Of a DNA stretch of 64,000 nucleotides, positions 59,168 to 64,000 are shown piece after piece. The position numbers and the translations under genes were made by a program. This stretch comes from Escherichia coli. GTDB taxonomy: Bacteria; Pseudomonadota; Gammaproteobacteria; Enterobacterales; Enterobacteriaceae. The stretch is taken from the NCBI RefSeq assembly GCF_003334765.1, contig NZ_QOWT01000003.1; one strand, written 5' to 3'. The first letter of the stretch is position 1, and each line of letters starts with the position of its first letter. The notes below the pieces were generated by a model. The model saw only the letters and a list, made by a program, of their open reading frames with translations, had not been told where the DNA came from and ran no database searches.

Positions 59168-60967
59168 ATGACGACACAGGTCCCACCTTCCGCGTTGCTT
59201 CCGTTGAACCCGGAGCAACTGGCACGCCTTCAGGCGGCCACGACCGATTTAACTCCCACCCAGCTTGCCTGGGTTTCTGGCTATTTCTGGGGCGTACTCA
59301 ATCAGCAGCCTGCTGCGCTTGCAGCGACGCCAGCGCCAGCCGCAGAAATGCCGGGTATAACTATTATCTCCGCCTCGCAAACCGGCAATGCGCGCCGGGT
59401 TGCTGAAGCATTACGTGATGATTTATTAGCAGCAAAACTGAACGTTAAGCTGGTGAACGCGGGCGACTATAAATTCAAACAAATCGCCAGCGAAAAACTG
59501 CTCATCGTAGTGACGTCAACGCAAGGGGAAGGGGAACCGCCGGAAGAAGCCGTCGCGCTGCATAAGTTCCTGTTCTCCAAAAAAGCGCCAAAGCTGGAAA
59601 ACACCGCGTTTGCCGTGTTTAGCCTCGGCGATAGCTCTTATGAATTTTTCTGCCAGTCCGGGAAAGATTTCGACAGCAAGCTGGCGGAACTGGGTGGTGA
59701 ACGCCTGCTCGACCGTGTCGATGCCGATGTTGAATACCAGGCTGCTGCCAGCGAGTGGCGCGCCCGCGTGGTTGATGCGCTTAAATCGCGTGCGCCTGTC
59801 GCGGCACCTTCGCAATCCGTCGCTACTGGCGCGGTAAATGAAATCCACACCAGCCCGTACAGCAAAGACGCGCCGCTGGTGGCTAGCCTCTCTGTTAACC
59901 AGAAAATTACCGGGCGTAACTCTGAAAAAGACGTTCGCCATATCGAAATTGACTTAGGTGACTCGGGCCTGCGTTACCAGCCGGGTGACGCGCTGGGCGT
60001 CTGGTATCAGAACGATCCGGCACTGGTGAAAGAACTTGTCGAACTGCTGTGGCTGAAAGGCGATGAACCTGTCACCGTCGAGGGCAAAACGTTGCCTCTG
60101 AACGAAGCGCTACAGTGGCACTTCGAACTGACCGTCAACACCGCCAACATTGTTGAGAATTACGCCACGCTTACCCGCAGTGAAACACTGCTGCCGCTGG
60201 TGGGCGATAAAGCGAAGTTACAGCATTACGCCGCGACGACGCCGATTGTTGACATGGTGCGTTTCTCCCCGGCACAGCTTGATGCCGAAGCGCTAATTAA
60301 TCTGCTGCGCCCGCTGACGCCGCGTCTCTATTCCATTGCCTCCTCGCAGGCGGAAGTCGAGAACGAAGTACACGTCACCGTTGGTGTGGTGCGTTACGAC
60401 GTGGAAGGCCGCGCCCGTGCCGGTGGTGCCTCCAGCTTCCTCGCTGACCGCGTGGAAGAAGAGGGCGAAGTCCGCGTATTTATCGAACATAACGATAACT
60501 TCCGCCTGCCAGCCAATCCAGAAACCCCGGTGATTATGATTGGCCCAGGCACCGGCATCGCGCCGTTCCGCGCCTTTATGCAGCAACGTGCTGCCGATGA
60601 AGCGCCGGGAAAAAACTGGCTGTTCTTTGGCAACCCGCACTTTACGGAAGATTTCCTCTACCAGGTGGAGTGGCAGCGCTACGTCAAAGAGGGTGTGCTG
60701 ACGCGGATCGATCTCGCCTGGTCGCGCGACCAAAAAGAAAAAGTTTACGTACAAGACAAACTGCGCGAACAGGGCGCGGAGCTGTGGCGCTGGATCAATG
60801 ACGGTGCCCACATTTATGTCTGCGGTGACGCTAATCGCATGGCGAAAGACGTTGAGCAGGCACTTCTGGAAGTGATTGCCGAATTTGGTGGCATGGACAC
60901 CGAAGCGGCGGATGAATTTTTAAGTGAGCTGCGCGTAGAGCGCCGTTATCAGCGAGATGTCTACTAA
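59168..60967 (+). CDS. cysJ: Sulfite reductase [NADPH] flavoprotein alpha subunit
   Basis: 599-aa ORF with flavodoxin plus FAD/NADPH reductase domains; matches CysJ. Confidence 0.96.
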   Translation: MTTQVPPSALLPLNPEQLARLQAATTDLTPTQLAWVSGYFWGVLNQQPAALAATPAPAAEMPGITIISASQTGNARRVAEALRDDLLAAKLNVKLVNAGDYKFKQIASEKLLIVVTSTQGEGEPPEEAVALHKFLFSKKAPKLENTAFAVFSLGDSSYEFFCQSGKDFDSKLAELGGERLLDRVDADVEYQAAASEWRARVVDALKSRAPVAAPSQSVATGAVNEIHTSPYSKDAPLVASLSVNQKITGRNSEKDVRHIEIDLGDSGLRYQPGDALGVWYQNDPALVKELVELLWLKGDEPVTVEGKTLPLNEALQWHFELTVNTANIVENYATLTRSETLLPLVGDKAKLQHYAATTPIVDMVRFSPAQLDAEALINLLRPLTPRLYSIASSQAEVENEVHVTVGVVRYDVEGRARAGGASSFLADRVEEEGEVRVFIEHNDNFRLPANPETPVIMIGPGTGIAPFRAFMQQRAADEAPGKNWLFFGNPHFTEDFLYQVEWQRYVKEGVLTRIDLAWSRDQKEKVYVQDKLREQGAELWRWINDGAHIYVCGDANRMAKDVEQALLEVIAEFGGMDTEAADEFLSELRVERRYQRDVY

Positions 60968-62679
60968 TGAGCGAAAAACATCCAGGGCCTTTAGTGGTCG
61001 AAGGAAAACTGACAGACGCCGAGCGCATGAAGCTTGAAAGCAACTACCTGCGCGGCACCATTGCGGAAGATTTAAACGACGGTCTGACCGGCGGCTTTAA
61101 GGGCGACAACTTCCTGCTGATCCGCTTCCACGGCATGTATCAGCAGGATGACCGCGACATCCGCGCCGAACGTGCTGAACAGAAGCTGGAGCCGCGCCAC
61201 GCGATGCTGTTGCGCTGCCGTCTGCCGGGTGGGGTGATTACCACTAAACAGTGGCAGGCGATAGACAAATTTGCCGGTGAAAACACCATCTATGGCAGCA
61301 TTCGCCTGACCAACCGCCAGACGTTTCAGTTCCACGGCATTCTGAAAAAGAACGTCAAACCGGTGCACCAGATGCTGCACTCGGTTGGTCTTGATGCGCT
61401 GGCGACCGCTAACGACATGAACCGTAACGTACTCTGCACCTCGAACCCTTACGAGTCGCAGCTACACGCGGAAGCGTACGAGTGGGCGAAGAAGATTTCT
61501 GAGCATCTGCTGCCGCGTACCCGCGCGTATGCGGAGATCTGGCTCGACCAGGAAAAAGTCGCCACTACTGATGAAGAACCGATCCTCGGCCAGACCTACC
61601 TGCCGCGTAAATTCAAAACCACGGTAGTGATCCCGCCACAGAACGATATCGATCTGCACGCCAACGACATGAACTTCGTGGCGATCGCCGAAAACGGCAA
61701 GCTGGTGGGCTTTAACCTGTTGGTGGGCGGTGGGCTTTCCATCGAACACGGCAACAAGAAAACCTACGCCCGCACCGCGAGTGAGTTTGGCTATCTGCCG
61801 CTGGAGCATACGCTGGCGGTGGCCGAAGCCGTCGTGACAACTCAGCGTGACTGGGGTAACCGAACCGATCGTAAAAATGCCAAAACCAAATACACGCTGG
61901 AGCGCGTGGGGGTTGAGACGTTTAAAGCGGAAGTGGAGCGTCGCGCGGGGATCAAATTTGAACCGATCCGTCCATATGAGTTCACCGGACGAGGCGATCG
62001 TATTGGCTGGGTTAAGGGCATTGATGATAACTGGCACCTGACGCTGTTTATCGAAAATGGTCGCATCCTTGATTATCCGGCGCGTCCGCTGAAAACCGGC
62101 CTGCTGGAGATCGCGAAGATCCACAAAGGCGATTTCCGCATTACGGCGAACCAGAATCTGATCATCGCCGGTGTACCGGAAAGCGAGAAAGCGAAGATCG
62201 AGAAGATCGCCAAAGAGAGCGGGTTAATGAATGCCGTCACGCCGCAGCGTGAAAACTCAATGGCCTGCGTGTCATTCCCGACTTGCCCGCTGGCGATGGC
62301 GGAAGCGGAGCGTTTCCTGCCGTCTTTTATCGACAACATCGATAATTTAATGGCGAAACATGGTGTCAGCGATGAGCATATCGTGATGCGTGTAACAGGC
62401 TGCCCGAACGGTTGTGGTCGCGCGATGCTGGCGGAAGTGGGCCTGGTGGGTAAAGCGCCGGGTCGCTACAACCTGCATCTTGGCGGCAACCGCATTGGGA
62501 CACGTATCCCTCGGATGTATAAAGAAAACATCACCGAGCCGGAAATCCTGGCGTCGCTTGATGAACTGATAGGGCGCTGGGCGAAAGAGCGCGAAGCGGG
62601 TGAAGGCTTCGGCGACTTTACGGTGCGTGCGGGCATCATTCGCCCGGTGCTCGATCCGGCGCGCGATTTGTGGGATTAA
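60967..62679 (+). CDS. cysI: Sulfite reductase [NADPH] hemoprotein beta subunit
   Basis: 570-aa ORF; ATG overlaps the cysJ stop; siroheme/4Fe-4S Cys motifs (CPNGC, TGCPNGC). Confidence 0.96.
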   Translation: MSEKHPGPLVVEGKLTDAERMKLESNYLRGTIAEDLNDGLTGGFKGDNFLLIRFHGMYQQDDRDIRAERAEQKLEPRHAMLLRCRLPGGVITTKQWQAIDKFAGENTIYGSIRLTNRQTFQFHGILKKNVKPVHQMLHSVGLDALATANDMNRNVLCTSNPYESQLHAEAYEWAKKISEHLLPRTRAYAEIWLDQEKVATTDEEPILGQTYLPRKFKTTVVIPPQNDIDLHANDMNFVAIAENGKLVGFNLLVGGGLSIEHGNKKTYARTASEFGYLPLEHTLAVAEAVVTTQRDWGNRTDRKNAKTKYTLERVGVETFKAEVERRAGIKFEPIRPYEFTGRGDRIGWVKGIDDNWHLTLFIENGRILDYPARPLKTGLLEIAKIHKGDFRITANQNLIIAGVPESEKAKIEKIAKESGLMNAVTPQRENSMACVSFPTCPLAMAEAERFLPSFIDNIDNLMAKHGVSDEHIVMRVTGCPNGCGRAMLAEVGLVGKAPGRYNLHLGGNRIGTRIPRMYKENITEPEILASLDELIGRWAKEREAGEGFGDFTVRAGIIRPVLDPARDLWD

Positions 62680-62695
62680 CCATCAGCCCGGTCTT

Positions 62696-62733
62696 GTAGG
62701 CCTGATAAGACGCGTGAGCGTCGCATCAGGCAA
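62696..62733. repeat. REP element between cysI and cysH
   Basis: tgtaggcctgataagacgcgtgagcgtcgcatcaggca. Coordinates approximate. Confidence 0.75.
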
Positions 62734-62752
62734 GGCAAACAGTGAGGAATCT

Positions 62753-63487
62753 ATGTCCAAACTCGATCTAAACGCCCTGAACGAACTGCCGAAGGTAGAT
62801 CGCATTCTGGCGCTGGCGGAAACTAACGCCCAACTGGAAAAACTGGACGCTGAAGGCCGCGTAGCCTGGGCGCTGGATAATCTGCCCGGTGAATATGTGC
62901 TTTCTTCCAGCTTCGGCATTCAGGCGGCGGTGAGCCTGCATCTGGTGAATCAGATTCGGCCGGATATTCCAGTGATCCTCACCGATACCGGTTATCTGTT
63001 TCCGGAAACCTACCGCTTTATTGACGAGTTAACGGACAAACTCAAGCTCAACCTGAAAGTGTACCGTGCTACCGAAAGCGCCGCCTGGCAGGAAGCACGC
63101 TACGGCAAACTGTGGGAACAGGGCGTTGAAGGCATTGAAAAGTACAATGACATCAACAAAGTCGAACCGATGAACCGGGCGCTGAAAGAACTTAACGCGC
63201 AAACCTGGTTTGCTGGCCTGCGCCGCGAACAATCCGGCAGCCGCGCCAATTTACCGGTGCTGGCAATTCAGCGTGGCGTATTTAAAGTGCTGCCGATTAT
63301 CGACTGGGATAACCGAACTATTTATCAGTACCTGCAAAAACATGGCCTGAAATATCACCCATTATGGGATGAAGGATATTTATCGGTCGGTGATACCCAT
63401 ACAACCCGTAAATGGGAACCTGGCATGTCGGAAGAAGAAACACGTTTCTTTGGCTTAAAAAGGGAATGTGGATTGCACGAAGGGTAA
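62753..63487 (+). CDS. cysH: Phosphoadenosine phosphosulfate (PAPS) reductase
   Basis: ORF-track frame 62600..63487; the 244-aa product starts at the ATG at 62753 ([21 protein letters not shown]...), ending ...ECGLHEG. Confidence 0.95.
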   Translation: MSKLDLNALNELPKVDRILALAETNAQLEKLDAEGRVAWALDNLPGEYVLSSSFGIQAAVSLHLVNQIRPDIPVILTDTGYLFPETYRFIDELTDKLKLNLKVYRATESAAWQEARYGKLWEQGVEGIEKYNDINKVEPMNRALKELNAQTWFAGLRREQSGSRANLPVLAIQRGVFKVLPIIDWDNRTIYQYLQKHGLKYHPLWDEGYLSVGDTHTTRKWEPGMSEEETRFFGLKRECGLHEG

Positions 63488-63751
63488 ATATTGCCGGATA
63501 AATTAAACGCCTCTGTCAGAAATGATGGGGGCGTTTTTATTTTGCGAGCAGTATTCCTGATTTTAAACGTGAACGCCGCTGGAAGAATTATCAGGTATAG
63601 AATGGCGTCGGGTGCTTGAGGCTGTCTGGCGTTAAGCATTCGCGAGGTTCCAGATGGACAAAAGCCCCAGGCGATATTTCTATCAACCTGAGGCTTACGT
63701 TCGAACCCAAACAATTCGAATGTTAGTCTCTTCTTTGCAGGGAGGCAAGAC

Positions 63752-63904
63752 ATGCTGACAAAATATGCCCTTGTGGCAATCATAGTGCTGTGTTTTACAG
63801 TACTGGGATTCACGCTGATGGTAGGCGACTCGTTGTGTGAGTTGAGTATCAGAGAACGTGGTATGGAGTTTAAGGCAGTTCTCGCTTACGAATCGAAGAA
63901 GTAG
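63752..63904 (+). CDS. Hok/Gef-family type I toxin-like small membrane protein (50 aa)
   Basis: Not in the ORF track (under 60 aa). ATG at 63752 preceded by GGAGG 6 nt upstream; product [50 protein letters not shown] has one TM helix, the conserved LCE motif and the C-terminal AYES motif of Hok/Gef proteins. Confidence 0.75.
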   Translation: MLTKYALVAIIVLCFTVLGFTLMVGDSLCELSIRERGMEFKAVLAYESKK

Positions 63905-64000
63905 CCACCACGCGGGGGTAAAACCCATAAGCGCTAACTTAAGGGTTGAACCATCTGAAGAATGCGACGCCTCGGTGCCTCGTTAAGACGATGCCTCGCG

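Overview
This window is an Escherichia coli K-12-like chromosomal segment running from the 3' end of recD to just past cysH, in reverse orientation relative to the usual MG1655 numbering. Gene identities are from my recognition of the translated ORFs and the known K-12 gene order; no database search was run. Coordinates derived from the ORF track are exact; coordinates of RNA genes, hairpins and repeats were read off the sequence and may be off by 1-2 nt. Most of the window is well-characterised core genome: argA, amiC, mltA, the csdA-csdE-tcdA sulfur-transfer genes, gcvA, the fuc regulon, sdaCB, the gud operon, barA, relA, mazEFG, pyrG-eno and cysJIH. Non-coding content includes one initiator tRNA-Met gene, the sRNAs GcvB and CsrB (with its UvrY box), several REP/BIME clusters, and a type I-E CRISPR array of 7 repeats and 6 spacers followed by a degenerate mini-array, with no cas genes in the window. 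I did not find a clearly novel system. The least-characterised content is the ygc cluster at 47.7-58.4 kb, an apparent sugar-catabolic island with a GlpP-like antiterminator gene; I see a strong terminator hairpin in the ygcW leader and a consensus CRP site upstream of it, which suggests antitermination control. Other items worth checking are a 50-codon Hok-family toxin ORF missing from the ORF track, a 31-codon upstream ORF overlapping the pyrG start, and paired inverted repeats in the fuc intergenic region. No prophage, IS element or integrase gene was seen.
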